A stretch of 64,000 nucleotides of DNA from Antedon mediterranea (GCF_964355755.1 NC_092672.1:15438001-15502000), one strand, 5' to 3'; counted from the stretch's first letter, positions 26,020-40,089 are shown. Notes: generated by a model from the letters alone, not told the origin. Numbers and translations are program-made.

Positions 26020-26540
26020 GCATTCCTAAGTATCCTGTAACACGTTTCGCCTCATTTTAGGAAGTGCGTTAGGGACGATTTTTAGCAAAATCAAGAAGAA
26101 TATCTTCTCTTCTTTGATCTAAAAATTTAAGATTAAGTAGATTAATTGCTTGATCATAAGATGCAAATTTTATTCTACATGCGCGTTTCTGTAAAGATTC
26201 AAGCTCCATGGATTGTGCTATGGTTAAAGCAGAGTGCCATACCGGATTCAGTTTGGCAAAAGAAATGTTCATAAAGTTAGTTTTTTTCAATATTAATTAT
26301 CATATTATTGTCTTTGGTCCTTAGTGATAGTTCATTTAATTGTTCTTGAACATTAGGCGGGTTTTCTTGTTGTGAACTTCACATATTGACAAATCATCCA
26401 CATACTTCCACCGATTTGGGAAGTCTCTAAGCTATTTGTTAACAATTACTTGAAAAAGAAACTCCGCAAGTTATTCCTTGCCAGCTTGAAAAACCGCCAT
26501 TGAGTTTCACTCTCTGTTTCGCTTTCAATAAATGTAATTG
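26020..26540 (-). mobile_element. Highly degraded LINE RT fragment (CR1/Jockey-group)
   Basis: YVDDLSIC motif (~26385-26405) and PVWHSALT..ELESLQKRACRI..LDQRRE, a typical CR1-like C-terminal region. Confidence 0.65.
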
Positions 26541-27540
26541 CATTCTAATTTATATATCTATATTCTTTATTCATTTGTTGTGTGAGTTGGAGAGTTGGAG
26601 AAATTGTCAAGCCATAAATTACCTGATGGAAAGTTTTCATTTTTAGGGAAAATTTATCACAAATTGAGATCAAATTGAAAACAATTTATAATCGTTACAG
26701 TTAAAAACAAAGGTTTTCTTAATTCTTTAGAGTGTTGAACCATTTTATTTTTAGCGTTGATTTTTTCTTCCTTCTCCTGTAAAATTGTTGAACCCGGTTA
26801 TTCAACGCAACTCGCGGCAACTCAACATTGACTGGAAAACAGGCATTAAGTGATGAGTATTTTACTAGAAGAAAAGATGAAAGAATCCCAATATAATTTC
26901 AGTTGAATATAACTGTTTGTAATTAAATAAGTGCATGATTTAATTGGATTGCATGTAACTGAATCGGTTGGTTTTCATACTCAAAACCTTTCCATTAATA
27001 CATTTTTGTTATATTGTTCTCTAGAGATAAGACACAAAGCAATATGATATTGAAAATAATTACTGTATCTTTGGACTATTTCAATTTGTATGTTACAGAA
27101 TTCTCAATATCATGAGATTGTTTCATGTACAGTTATAGTTAGTGTAAACTATGATCGTATAGTGGTAGAATCAATCACACAGAGTCTTGAAATCCAGCTA
27201 TATAAGTGCAATATTTATTGGGTTGTTCCAACATAACATCAGTCTGAAAACATAAGTCTCTTTCATCCTGAACACACAGGGTCTCACTCTGAACGACCTC
27301 TATTTAAAGTACTTTTGTGAAACGCATTTATACATATGCAATGCTTCTTTTGTAATAATATTTTAAATATATTCATCTTTAGTTAATGATAGCAATAATA
27401 TTAATATTTGTTCTATATTAAACAAATCTGAGAAATGATATCACTAATTGGAATGGCTATTCTGATTTAAATCTGTAAATTATGATCACTCTACAAAAAA
27501 AGACAAAACAAACATGTAGCGCATAAATGACATACATTAC

Positions 27541-30500
27541 ATATAAACAATGTAATGCACGAATGGCGTACAGTACATAACATAAAACAATGTAGTGTAC
27601 GAATGGCGTACAGTACATAACATAAAACAATGTAGTGTACGAATGGCGTACAGTACATAACATAAAACAATGTAGTGTACGAATGGCGTACAGTACCTAA
27701 CACAAAACAATGTAGTGTACGAATGGCGTACAGTACCTAACACAAAACAATGTAGTGTACGAATGGCGTACAGTACATAACACAAAACAATGTAGTGCAC
27801 GAATGGCATACAGTACATAACACAAAACAATGTAGGTTACGAATGGCATACAGTACATAACATAAAACAATGTAGTGTACGAATGGCGTACAGTACATAA
27901 CATAAAACAATGTAGTGCACGAATGGCGTACAGTACATAACACAAAACAATGTAGTGTACGAATGGCATACAGTACATAACATAAAACAATGTAGTGTAC
28001 GAATGGCGTACAGTACATAACATAAAACAATGTAGTGTACGAATGGCATACAGTACATAACATAAAACAATGTAGTGTACGAATGGCGTACAGTACATAA
28101 CATAAAACAATGTAGTGCACGAATGGCGTACAGTACATAACATAAAACAATGTAGTGTACGAATGGCGTACAGTACATAACATAAAACAATGTAGTGCAC
28201 GAATGGCGTACAGTACATAACATAAAACAATGTAGTGTACGAATGGCGTACAGTACATAACATAAAACAATGTAGTGTACGAATGGCATACAGTACATAA
28301 CATAAAACAATGTAGTGTACGAATGGCGTACAGTACATAACATAAAACAATGTAGTGTACGAATGGCGTACAGTACATAACATAAAACAATGTAGTGTAC
28401 GAATGGCGTACAGTACATAACATAAAACAATGTAGTGTACGAATGGCGTACAGTACATAACATAAAACAATGTAGTGTACGAATGGCGTACAGTACATAA
28501 CATAAAACAATGTAGTGTACGAATGGCGTACAGTACATAACATAAAACAATGTAGTGTACGAATGGCGTACAGTACATAACATAAAACAATGTAGTGTAC
28601 GAATGGCGTACAGTACATAACATAAAACAATGTAGTGTACGAATGGCGTACAGTACATAACATAAAACAATGTAGTGTACGAATGGCGTACAGTACATAA
28701 CACAAAACAATGTAGTGTACGAATGGCGTACAGTACATAACATAAAACAATGTAGTGTACGAATGGCGTACAGTACATAACATAAAACAATGTAGTGCAC
28801 GAATGGCATACAGTACATAACATAAAACAATGTAGTGTACGAATGGCATACAGTACATAACACAAAACAATGTAGTGTACGAATGGCGTACAGTACATAA
28901 CATAAAACAATGTAGTGTACGAATGGCGTACAGTACATAACATAAAACAATGTAGTGTACGAATGGCGTACAGTACATAACACAAAACAATGTAGTGCAC
29001 GAATGGCATACAGTACATAACATAAAACAATGTAGTGTACGAATGGCGTACAGTACATAACATAAAACAATGTAGTGTACGAATGGCGTACAGTACATAA
29101 CACAAAACAATGTAGTGCACGAATGGCATACAGTACATAACATAAAACAATGTAGTGTACGAATGGCGTACAGTACATAACATAAAACAATGTAGTGTAC
29201 GAATGGCGTACAGTACATAACATAAAACAATGTAGTGTACGAATGGCGTACAGTACATAACATAAAACAATGTAGTGTACGAATGGCATACAGTACATAA
29301 CATAAAACAATGTAGTGTACGAATGGCATACAGTACATAACACAAAACAATGTAGTGCACGAATGGCATACAGTACATAACATAAAACAATGTAGTGTAC
29401 GAATGGCATACAGTACATAACACAAAACAATGTAGTGCACGAATGGCATACAGTACATAACACAAAACAATGTAGTGTACGAATGGCATACAGTACATAA
29501 CACAAAACAATGTAGTGCACGAATGGCATACAGTACATAACACAAAACAATGTAGGTTACGAATGGCATACAGTACATAACATAAAAGAATGTAGTGTAC
29601 GAATGGCGTACAGTACCTAACATAAAACAATGTAGTGCACGAATGGCATACAGTACATAACATAAAACAATGTAGTGTACGAATGGCATACAGTACATAA
29701 CACAAAACAATGTAGTGTACGAATGGCGTACAGTACCTAACATAAAAGAATGTAGTGTATGAATGGCGTACAGTACCTAACATAAAACAATGTAGTGTAT
29801 GAATGGCATACAGTACCTAACATAAAACAATGTAGTGTATGAATGGCGTACAGTACATAACATAAAACAATGTAGTGTACGAATGGCGTACAGTACATAA
29901 CATAAAACAATGTAGTGTACGAATGGCATACAGTACATAACACAAAACAATGTAGTGTACGAATGGCGTACAGTACATAACATAAAACAATGTAGTGTAC
30001 GAATGGCGTACAGTACATAACATAAAACAATGTAGTGCACGAATGGCATACAGTACATAACATAAAACAATGTAGTGTACGAATGGCATACAGTACATAA
30101 CACAAAACAATGTAGTGTACGAATGGCGTACAGTACATAACATAAAACAATGTAGTGTACGAATGGCGTACAGTACATAACATAAAACAATGTAGTGTAC
30201 GAATGGCGTACAGTACATAACACAAAACAATGTAGTGCACGAATGGCATACAGTACATAACATAAAACAATGTAGTGTACGAATGGCGTACAGTACATAA
30301 CATAAAACAATGTAGTGTACGAATGGCGTACAGTACATAACACAAAACAATGTAGTGCACGAATGGCATACAGTACATAACATAAAACAATGTAGTGTAC
30401 GAATGGCGTACAGTACATAACATAAAACAACGTAGTGTACGAATGGCGTACAGTACATAACACAAAACAATGTAGGTTACGAATGGCATACAGTACATAA

Positions 30501-31115
30501 CACAAAACAATGTAGTGTACGAATGGCATACAGTACATAACATAAAACAATGTAGTGTACGAATGGCGTACAGTACCTAACACAAAACAATGTAGTGTAC
30601 GAATGGCGTACAGTACCTAACATAAAACAATGTAGTGTACGAATGGCGTACAGTACATAACACAAAACAATGTAGTGTACGAATGGCGTACAGTACATAA
30701 CACAAAACAATGTAGTGTACGAATGGCGTACAGTACATAACACAAAACAATGTAGTGTACGAATGGCGTACAGTACATAACATAAAACAATGTAGTGTAC
30801 GAATGGCGTACAGTACATAACACAAAACAATGTAGTGTACGAATGGCGTACAGTACATAACATAAAACAATGTAGTGTACGAATGGCGTACAGTACATAA
30901 CATAAAATAATGTAGTGTATGAATGGCGTACAGTACATAACATAAAACAATGTAGTGTACGAATGGCATACAGTACATAACACAAAACAATGTAGTGTAC
31001 GAATGGCATACAGTACATAACACAAAACAATGTAGTGTACGAATGGCATACAGTACATAACACAAAACAATGTAGTGTACGAATGGCGTACAGTACATAA
31101 CACAAAAGAATGTAG
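27541..31115. repeat. 40-bp satellite/minisatellite, ~89 copies
   Basis: Consensus CATAAAACAATGTAGTGTACGAATGGCGTACAGTACATAA repeated without any phase shift, substitution variants only. Degenerate copies lie at both edges. Confidence 0.98.
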
Positions 31116-31579
31116 GGCAATCATCCAAGAACAGCCTACAGAGGCGTACAGTACTAAATCTAACAGTAAAATAGGAATGGCATATGATAACAAATTACAT
31201 AAGAAATCTACTGTAATAGTGCTCTGAAAACTGAATATATGTCTTATAAACATAACTGTGGATTGTTGAACTATACCATGTAAATTAAGGAGTCCTCTAA
31301 TATCAACATATTTAAACTTGCAGTGACCTATCATCTAGCCGGGTACTCACTGTTAGATTGTTTACTCAAAAAGTCTTTGAACGGTCCAGTGACCTTACCC
31401 TATTCAACCTTGTTTTTGGAGTTGCGCCTCTCATGACCTGGGATTTGTATGTCTTACTATGCTAAGAATATATAGTTCCACATGCCATGTGCCTTCTTTA
31501 AGATATATTTATTATAAGTGCCAAAAACCCGTTTTTGTTCTCGATATGAGGCCTTAATTATTCAACGTATTTATATCCT

Positions 31580-33260
31580 ATCGTTTCGTGAACAATTGCA
31601 TTGTACTGCAATTTGATCCATGGAGTATTGTTTACTCCATGATCTGGCTGAGTATTATCCCAATCATGACCTTCTTTATATAACTGTTTTGCCTATTGAT
31701 CCTTCATGGTTCTGTCAAATCTTTTGATCATGCCATCAGACTAGGGATGGTATGGTGTGGTTTTTGTTTTTGTGATACCCAAGTACTTGCAAATTTCTTT
31801 CATTAAATTTGACTCAAATTGAGCACCTTGGTCTGTGTGAATAGAAACTGGTACACCATGCCGTTTAATAAAATCATCACATGAACATTTAGCAACAGTG
31901 GTTGCAGTTTGGTTGAGAATGGCATATAATGACACATATTTAGTGAAATAATGACCAATTACTAAGATGTATTGGTTGCCTCGATTTGAAATTGGTAACT
32001 CTGTAATATCGGCGGAAATTCTCTCAAATAGATAATTTGCAGTGCAGATACTGTACCCATAGGAGCATGTAATCGTGGCACCGGCTGGCGACAATATTGA
32101 CATGCCTCGCACTTCAAACAGAATTGTCTCACATCACGTGACATGTATCATGGCCAGTAACAGTTTTGTGAAATAAGGGTTAAAGTCTTATCTGCATTAA
32201 AATGTCCTGATGCAGAGCTGTGACATGACATCATCACCTTGTTTTGAAGTGAACTGGGAATAACGGATTGGTTACTTTCATCTTTCTATCTCTCATGGAT
32301 AGTACACACCAAAACATCATTAATTACCTTATATCTATGAAATTGTCGTGAAAGTTCGTGATTTTCCCGTCATGTATTGTTTCATGCCCTGTTGAACGCA
32401 TAATTTGAAATCACTCAATTCTGGATCGCTATTCTGTTCCTGAATTAGCTGCTCTCGTTGTTCAAGTGAAGTACAAATACTAAGCTCATCCTCATTTCTG
32501 TCACATGTAGAGTAAAACTGACCTATCTTCATGAGTGGGATTGATTATCAAAATTCTACAGTTGCCACTGTTCTACCACACACAATAGAAATACTTTTAT
32601 CTGGTTCAAAAACACCATCATATTCATGAGGTAATGGGAGCATAACCTGGAGATAATACCTTAGCATCTAGATTAATTTCTACACCTGCAGGAACAACAA
32701 ATGAATGAGATACAACAACATTACAATTATGCATTATAATTATATATTCTTTTTATCAAATATTGTAAAATACTATTTTTCAGCCTTTTGGCTGCCGTTG
32801 TATTATTGATTTCTTTTTTATGAATAATTATACCTGAATATTTGCAATGCAGCCTGCCTAACACTTCTAAATGGTATCACAGCATTATCAATCTCAATAA
32901 CTCCATTTCGTAAATCAATGTGTGCCCCATGAACAACAAGGAAATCCTAACCTAGTATCATTGGTCTTTCAATACTATTTGTTACATGAAAATCAAGAGG
33001 TACTGTTACTTCTCCAATCTTTAAATTAATACTGACATGACCTAGAATATCAAGAGGGCTGCCATCAACAGCCTTAGCCTGTGTTATTACGTTATCTAAT
33101 CATCTTGATTTTAAAAACTTATGACTTTTACAAAACTGATTGGAAATCAAAGAAATGTTGGCACCAGTATCAATCAAAAAACTTATTTCTTGGCCCTCAA
33201 TATACAACTGAATTTTGGAATTGAATGCCTTTGTAACACTGACAACTTCTTGAAAACAAT
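31580..33260 (-). mobile_element. Gypsy/Ty3 LTR retrotransposon remnant (protease and integrase; RT/RH largely deleted)
   Basis: Protease FLIDTGANISL (~33145-33180) and MILG-DFL. Integrase zinc finger CLKCEACQ and core ISADITELPISNRGNQYILVIGHYFTKY, GVPVSIHTDQGAQFES, TTPYHP. Confidence 0.88.
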
Positions 33261-33499
33261 TATAAGCAGAATCATTATCCCAATAATTAAAGACACCTTC
33301 CCTACGTTTTTTAGATCTATTTTAAGATCACAAACTATATTTAATGTAAAAATAAACATCCGTCCGTTGTTTGATGAATTTGATGAAATTGTGTTGTTAT
33401 TATTTGTTATTGTTTGTGTTATGAATCGACTTCAACGTCTCCAGAACACTGCTGCACGCATTCTAACTCTTACTAGAAGATCCTCACACATACAGTATC

Positions 33500-34254
33500 T
33501 CCTATTATATATAATAAATGTAAATGTAAACTTATGCTTTGTTTTTGAAAATTTAAAGACTAAAAACGAAATGTGTTTATATATTTTGTAAGTAAGTGTA
33601 ACCTACGGTGTATATCATTGAATTTGTATAATTTTTAGTTGTATTTTGTGCACACTACCATTTCGTAGGGTCCTTGGTATTTGCATGTGTGCGTGGTTTT
33701 CTCTCTGCATGGTCTTAGCTTTAGAAACACCCATCAATAGAGGGCAACATTAAAAACAATATTATACAATTTTTTTTTTCGGTATTTAGATATAAAGAAC
33801 ACGTATGCTTATCCATATGCTCTCGCAGTTTTAATTTGAAATAAAAAATATTTCAACCAGCGTTTTTTTGTAAGAAATATTTCTTGCTGTATTATTATCT
33901 TTTGAAAATCTATAATTAAATTTATCATGATTAACTTATTCACAATTAATGTGAGAAGAACATGCATTGGTTTCTGGATCAAAAATCGAAAGACTAAAAT
34001 CAAAATATGTTTATAGATTCTGTAAGTAAATGTATGGTGTTATCATTGAGTTTGTAAAATGTTTTGTTGTATTTTGGGCACACTACCATTTCGTAGGGTC
34101 TTCCTTGGCTTGTGCGGACGTAGTCTTCTCTCTGTCATGTTCTAGAATCACCCATCAGTAGAGGGTGACATTAAAATAATTTGTTGGCATTTAGATTTCT
34201 TTATTTTGTTTTCAGTTGTTTATGGTTGTTTCGGTTGTTTTCGGTAATTAGACC
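33500..34254. mobile_element. Two partial copies of the GGGTCAGTCT-TIR MITE family (see 62749-63736)
   Basis: Shares CACACTACCATTTCGTAGGGTC, CACCCATCAATAGAGGG and GTTGTTTTCGGTAATTAGAC with 62749-63736. Preceded by an L2 scrap (33421-33490, RLQRLQNTAARIL) and a Kolobok-like end (33291-33360). Confidence 0.75.
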
Positions 34255-34627
34255 ATCTTTTACTGAAGCGAATTGGAATTGCGTCCTGTGTTCGTCCCCT
34301 GTGGGGAAGTGTGCGGTTACTGTTATACACTCAAACAAAAGAGATAAATGAATTACAACTTCAGGAGTGGCCTCCTTTATTCTTTCTATGATTCCAAATT
34401 ATAAGTAACAACCAAATAATTAATTCGGATTAGTGTTGATCTTACGCCGGACTTAAAAAAACAGCAGCGTAATTCCACCAGTAACGGCGCGGTGTAACCA
34501 CCAACAGCAGCGTAACCACCAGTAATGGCGTAACCACCAACAACGGCGTAACCACCAACAGCAGCGTAACACAACCAGTAGGCGTAACCTCCGGCTCTAC
34601 TTTATCTCAAACAGTAACACAACCAAT

Positions 34628-35998
34628 GGGTGTCACGAAACCTAAGGAGCCAATTCATACTTAAGTTGCTTCCTAACCACCAAAGTTGTTCTGCGTTTAG
34701 GGCATGTTATCCTTTGTACTGTAAGCCTGTCCTCTAATGGCTTTACAACGCTACTCATGCCAGTAGTGGTGTGGGTGGCGGTTTAACTGCAATAATAAAG
34801 ATGATTATTTAATAGACGGCGACTGGAAAGGCTAGCTCATTATCCGTTAAAAAAAATACCTATATCCAACCTCTGCAGCACAGATTGGATAAAATGTATC
34901 GAATTTCTGTTATGACTGTACAGTACTTGTCTTTACGACGCCTGAAGGAATAGACACTTGTGGAACAGAGATTGGAATGTTCCATTTATCACAGATCAAA
35001 ACAGTTGTATAAATGTATATTAAATCTATCAAAATAGTATTTTTTAAAGAAAATCGGCCTTGTCTTCAACATTATGATGCTGTACTCAAGCTGTTCAACC
35101 AGTTTTCAGCTATTAAAAACAATTATCGTAGGAGGAGATAGGAAAATAGGAAGCATACTCGTATTATTGTGTGCGGGTATTTTTCCATGGACATTCATTA
35201 GGTAGTGTATACCACGATTGGAAAACACCCCTATTTGGGGCAAATCGTTGAACCTTAACAGGGTTACATCAGATGGTTAAAATCCGTACCGAAAGTATGA
35301 ACCAACTTTATATACCATCGAGTAAAAATTCTAGAAATAAACCGCGATTTATCGAATTTTGCCCTTACGTAAATTTATATATAGATAATGATGATGAATA
35401 AATACTCGAAAATAAATTTTAATTCAAAAATCATGATAATAAGTTTTTTGTTTCGTTTTCTTTCTGTTTTTATACTTGTACTTGTTGCTCTTTTGGCACT
35501 CCATAAAAACAAAAATATTGAGCATGGGGAGGAGTTACAGTATACAAAGAAACACGTCTGTAAAATAATCAATTTAAAGGATTTATTTATTTGTTTTTAT
35601 GTGTTTCTCCTTCTTAAAGTACTTATAAGTCCTAATTTTAAATTGTGGTATTCAGGATAAAGTTAGTTAACAAATTTGTAGTCAAAACCAACCAACACAA
35701 TGGAGTAAATATATACCAACACACAACCCATCAAGTTTGTTTGTTGTAAAGAAAAAATATACATTTACTCAACGGGCGAAAATAATGTGAGTTTATCTAT
35801 GTTTTGAGGTAGTATTTAATTATATTTATGGTAATAAATGAAACCTACTATGTTTAAAATTATGTATGGATAAACAAGTATTGTTTTTAAGCTGTAGTAT
35901 ATCTTAGAATTTGTAATCTTAGGTCTTGTGTCTTAGCTTTCGTGATCTTAGGTCTTAGGGGGTCTTAGCTTTCGTGGTCTTAGGTTTTGTGACACCCG
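34628..35998. mobile_element. Non-autonomous TIR element splitting an 18/48-bp GCGTAAC tandem repeat
   Basis: TIR GGGTGTCACGAAACCTAAG / CTTAGGTTTTGTGACACCC with CTTAGG subterminal repeats at 35915-35990. The flanking repeat unit GGCGTAACCTCCGGCTCTACT...ACACAACCAAT continues on both sides. No clear TSD. Confidence 0.65.
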
Positions 35999-36289
35999 GC
36001 GTAACCTCTGGCTCTACTGTATCCCAAACAGTAACACAACCAATAAGCGTAACCTCCGGCTCTTTAACACTTTGTTTTTCAATGTCTCTAATGTCTCTAC
36101 TTTTATTTACTACACGTCTGCTCTCTGCTTCTCCTCCTTTTCAACTCCCTGCTCATCTGCCGCCCTCTATCTTTTCTCCCCCAAAATCATTACAGTATGT
36201 TGATGGATGTGAATTTAATATACCCTGCTCCTACAAATGCAGAATGTAACTCTGATATCGGCTTTACTTAATACCCCATATATAGTAAT

Positions 36290-36640
36290 TTCCAGACATT
36301 CACCAAAATGTGGAGTCATGGGTGGACACTTTATCCCTGGGACCACTATCGCACTTTGAATTTTTTCTTTATCAAACAATTTTAATACTCCCCTTAATTC
36401 TCTATCAGCCCCTACAAAATTTATCCGACATCATTACCTTGGGCTTACCCTTCCTATTGAAAAATCTATGAAAAGCAGTTAGAAACGTATCTGTGTCGAA
36501 ACCGTATGCTATTTCCAAGTGCACGGCCCTACTAGAGTACCTTATTGGATTTATCTCAAATTATCATTGTTTACCCTTTGTACCACTTTACCCAATAACG
36601 TTTTCGTTCTTTACTTAACCTCTGTCTCTTCTATCGCTTT
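36290..36640 (-). mobile_element. BEL/Pao retrotransposon integrase fragment
   Basis: Minus strand reads [23 protein letters not shown]...[19 protein letters not shown]...PHFG, characteristic of BEL/Pao integrase. Confidence 0.8.
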
Positions 36641-37093
36641 TGTTACGGGCTCGTTCGTTAGGCTGAAAACAACAATAATAATATAACAAAACATGTTGTA
36701 GTTGTCGTCCATCTTTATTCATCTTCTCTCTTTCTCTCTAGAGGGCTCACTTATGTGTGACAAACCCATCACACAGAAACTTAAAGAAAGTTTGATATGA
36801 TTAAACTTATAACTGTTTAGTATAACATCTTAAATCTTTTCTTATAGTTATTTTAACAGGTCGTTGATATGATTTTACTTCAACTGCTTCTTTTTCAACA
36901 GATTCGTTAATGGAGAAACTTCTGCAAAAATATCGATAAATCCAAGCCATTCCCAGGAAACACATTAACTCCAGCTTACTCTTTGGAACTGGGAAATCAG
37001 ACTGCCTTAATCTTAGCTTAATGGTTTCACTTTTCCGCAACCAACTTTATGACCTTAGAGCACAATTTTTGCAGCTGACAACCTGTCAAACAA

Positions 37094-38137
37094 TGTATTT
37101 ATTTATTTATTCTTTCTTTTGACTGGATTGCATTTTCAGTAAAGCAGTAGTGCTTTCCAAAATGGTCCAGTTACAAGTTTCAAAGTAAATAAAAATTATA
37201 ACATATATAAATACATAGCAGGCCTATTTAAATTAAAGCCCCATTCCCTATGTTTTTTAGATCTAATTTAAGATCACAAACTATATTTAATGTAAAAATA
37301 ATACTATATGGTCCTATTGCGATAACTTTTTTCGTCTTTAAACGGTTAAAAATGTGAAAAATAAGTCGATTCTAATAATTATAGCGGCCCGCTATAAATA
37401 CCAAAATGCATTGCGCGCGGATTGATATTTTTGTTTTTCACCTGTAATTCGCCCACTTTTCGATCGATCGTGAGGCCAAAACAAATGGAAGACTCCTAAC
37501 TTTTCAGCGAAAATACCGGGTTTTCCCCAATTTGTATCAACAGAGTCTGGCAAAAATAGAAAGACAATTAATGCAGCAACTATACAACGTCAGGCTAGGT
37601 ATATAGCTCGCGTACGATGTTCGTACGTTACCGATGTTTACCAGCTAGGCCTACAAAACTAAGCCTAGCTAGGCTAGGCCTAAGACCGTCCACGAGAGGT
37701 CGATCGCCGCGAGCTACTTAGGTAGTGCATTGTTTCTCACTTTTTATCATAATTTACCATAAAACGTACATTTAAGACAAGAAATGACATGGTTTAATGT
37801 TTTTAAAGTGATATATATGTATAATTTTCCAAAAAACGTCCAAAATTGCAGGGAAGGGGTCTTTAAAAACAAATAAAAAAATATAAAATGTAGGATCACT
37901 TTAGATGACATTAGAGTTAGAGCTATATTTTTTAGTTTATAAATATTTTCCCCAGTTACTTTTGTTCTAGTTTCAGTTGGTAAAAGATTACATTCTTTTG
38001 TTGCTCTGTATTTGAAGGTTCTTTTACCTTGAGCATTTTTCCAATTTGGTGTTATTAATGTTTTACAACTTTGGCTACCGGTGCATTTTGGGTGGAGGGA
38101 GTCATTAAATTTAAACATTGAGGATAAATAAATAAAT
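37094..38137 (-). mobile_element. 5'-truncated CR1/L2-group LINE 3' end inserted in the Gmr1 RT
   Basis: GKRTFKYRATKECNLLP C-terminal peptide, (AAAT)n tail at 37096-37111, AACAA duplication at 37089-37093 / 38138-38142. Removing it restores RIKVLFDRL in the Gypsy RT. Confidence 0.75.
37237..37862. mobile_element. Kolobok-like non-autonomous element
   Basis: TTAA on both sides (37233-37236, 37863-37866) and AG...CT termini with imperfect TIR AGCCCCATTCCCT / AGGGAAGGGGTCT. A related end lies at 33291. Confidence 0.7.
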
Positions 38138-40089
38138 AACAAGACTTTAATTCTCTGCACATGAACATCCCATGTATCACTATAAACAACCAAATCGTCT
38201 ATATAAGCTTCACAGCCCTCCAACCCTGAAATTATACCATTAACCAATCTCTGGAACGTGGAAGACATGACCTTATACTGATAAAGACCCATGGGAGTTA
38301 CGAAAGACACTTCTTTCGCATGCTCTGTTAAAGGAATTTTCCAGTAACCCTTTAGAAGATCAAATTTACTGACAAATTTAGCACTACCCACACGATCAAT
38401 ACATTCATCTATCCTCGGTATGGGATATGAATCTGTAGTAGATTTGGCATTAACCTTCCGATAATCAGTACAAAAACAATAAGATTTATCTGACTTCGGA
38501 ACTAATAATATATACATGGAGAACTCCAAGCACTGCAACTAGGCTCGATGATATCATTCTTAATCATGTAATCAATCTCATTTTTTAATAACTTCATCTT
38601 GAACGGATTTGCTCTATATGAATTTTGTTTTATTGGTCTTAACGTTATGCTCCACTAAGTTCGTTCGACCTGGAACATCCGAAAACAACTGCAGATTTCC
38701 AAATATCAAATTAACAATTTTAACCTTACGATCACGAGATGAATGACCAACTTTTTCTTCAATATTTGCAAGGACATCTGAATTACTGAACTTAACACAT
38801 GTATCAGCCCAAACTCTATTATTTCTCGCTGTGTATGGTTTCAACATGTTTATATGACACAGGCGCTTCTTCTTACGTCTATCTGGAGTCAACTTCTCCT
38901 ACTCTTTCTAATACTTTGTAAGGACCAGCAAATCTTGCAGATAATTGTTGACTGGGAAGAGGCAACATAACTAACACTAAAATTCATTTAAAAAAATGAA
39001 GTATTGATACAGACTCTTCTGCATTACCTAACAGCCTTTCTTTGACTATTTTAAGAGTACCTGGGACCGAATGACCATACACCAACTCAAATGGGCTAAA
39101 CCCTAAGGACTCTGGGATAATGGGATAAGGGAACCCCCTCATCCCATTCCTTTTCACATTCAAAACAATAGGTTTGAAGCATATTTATAAGTGTTTGATG
39201 AAGTGCCCCTTGAGACTGTGGATGGTAAGCACTTGAACTTATATGGGTAACACCTAACTGCTCTAAGACATAAAGTTTTTGACGCCCCTGTGTCTCTTAA
39301 GACTCTAACTTTACTCAGATTCACATCATTGATCAATGTTACAGAACCAGTAGAGAGGAAAGGCTTAAATAGCTTTCGCACTTTTTCCGGATCTGAAGAT
39401 TGGATCAACTTCTCACTTTCATCAACATCATGACTCTTTGTCACTTTCAATGGAACTGTATTAACCAACGTGTTTGGAAGTGATTGGGGTTTCTTATTAT
39501 CCCCTTTAGCTTTGTTTTGAAACAGCCAGATCTGCCTTTTTATGACCCTTTTTCTTGTAATAAGAACAAGTTCTTCCAAATTTACTACTACTATTAACTG
39601 CAGTTTTCTGACTTTGGACCTTAGAATCATCAACGGATTTTGAAATCGATTTAGTATCCACCACCTTGTGCGTGAGCACATAATTATCGGCAACAGAAGC
39701 CGCTTTCATTAAATTATCAACTTTCTGCTCCTCTAGATGTGTACGAACTTCGGTAGGGGAACAAGACTTAAACTACTCAACTAAAAGCTTGCAAAGCTTT
39801 CCAAATTCACCCTTTACTCCTTCCGAACTACACCATCTATCAAAAAGAATCTGCTTCTTACGTGCAAATTCCATAAAAGTTTGATCAGAATGGTTACCTA
39901 AGTTTTTCTTACAATACGCCTCTGGAACTAACTCATAAGCTGACAAAACAGCAGTTTTAACTGCATCATAGCTTCACATTGATCATCAGCCAATGCAGAA
40001 AAATACCTCTTGGGCTTTCTCTCTAGAGGGCTCACTTCTGTGTGACAAACCCATCACACCTTCTCAATCTTATTTTCTTGCCATTCAAT

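Larger units (their letters stand above)
36641..40058 (-). mobile_element. Gmr1-type Gypsy LTR retrotransposon remnant (gag-PR-INT-RT order) with 133-bp 3' LTR and partial 5' LTR
   Basis: LTR TGTGATGGG...CCCGTAACA at 36641-36773, with a 45-bp match at 40014-40058. Gag YDAVKTAVLSAYELVPEAY..FDRWC, protease LRDTGAS, integrase tail QESLGFSPFELVYG and FAGPYKV..HINMLKPY all lie upstream of RT DYRKVN..YPIPRID..FDLLKGYW..YIDD. Confidence 0.85.

Noticed and set aside
27541-31115. CRISPR-like array
   Set aside because: Units are contiguous with no unique spacers, there are no cas genes, and the context is eukaryotic.
27457-31334. Very long Cys/Tyr/His-rich ORFs (up to 668 aa) in all three minus-strand frames
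   Set aside because: Artefact of a 40-bp unit lacking minus-strand stops. The same 40-aa peptide appears in all frames, and stops arise wherever a variant unit (CCTAA or GGTTAC) occurs.
34460-36065. Thr/Ser/Val-rich mucin-like coding repeat (VTTNSS, VTQPVGVTSGST)
   Set aside because: Short, interrupted by a TIR element, with no start or splice context. Treated as a simple tandem repeat.
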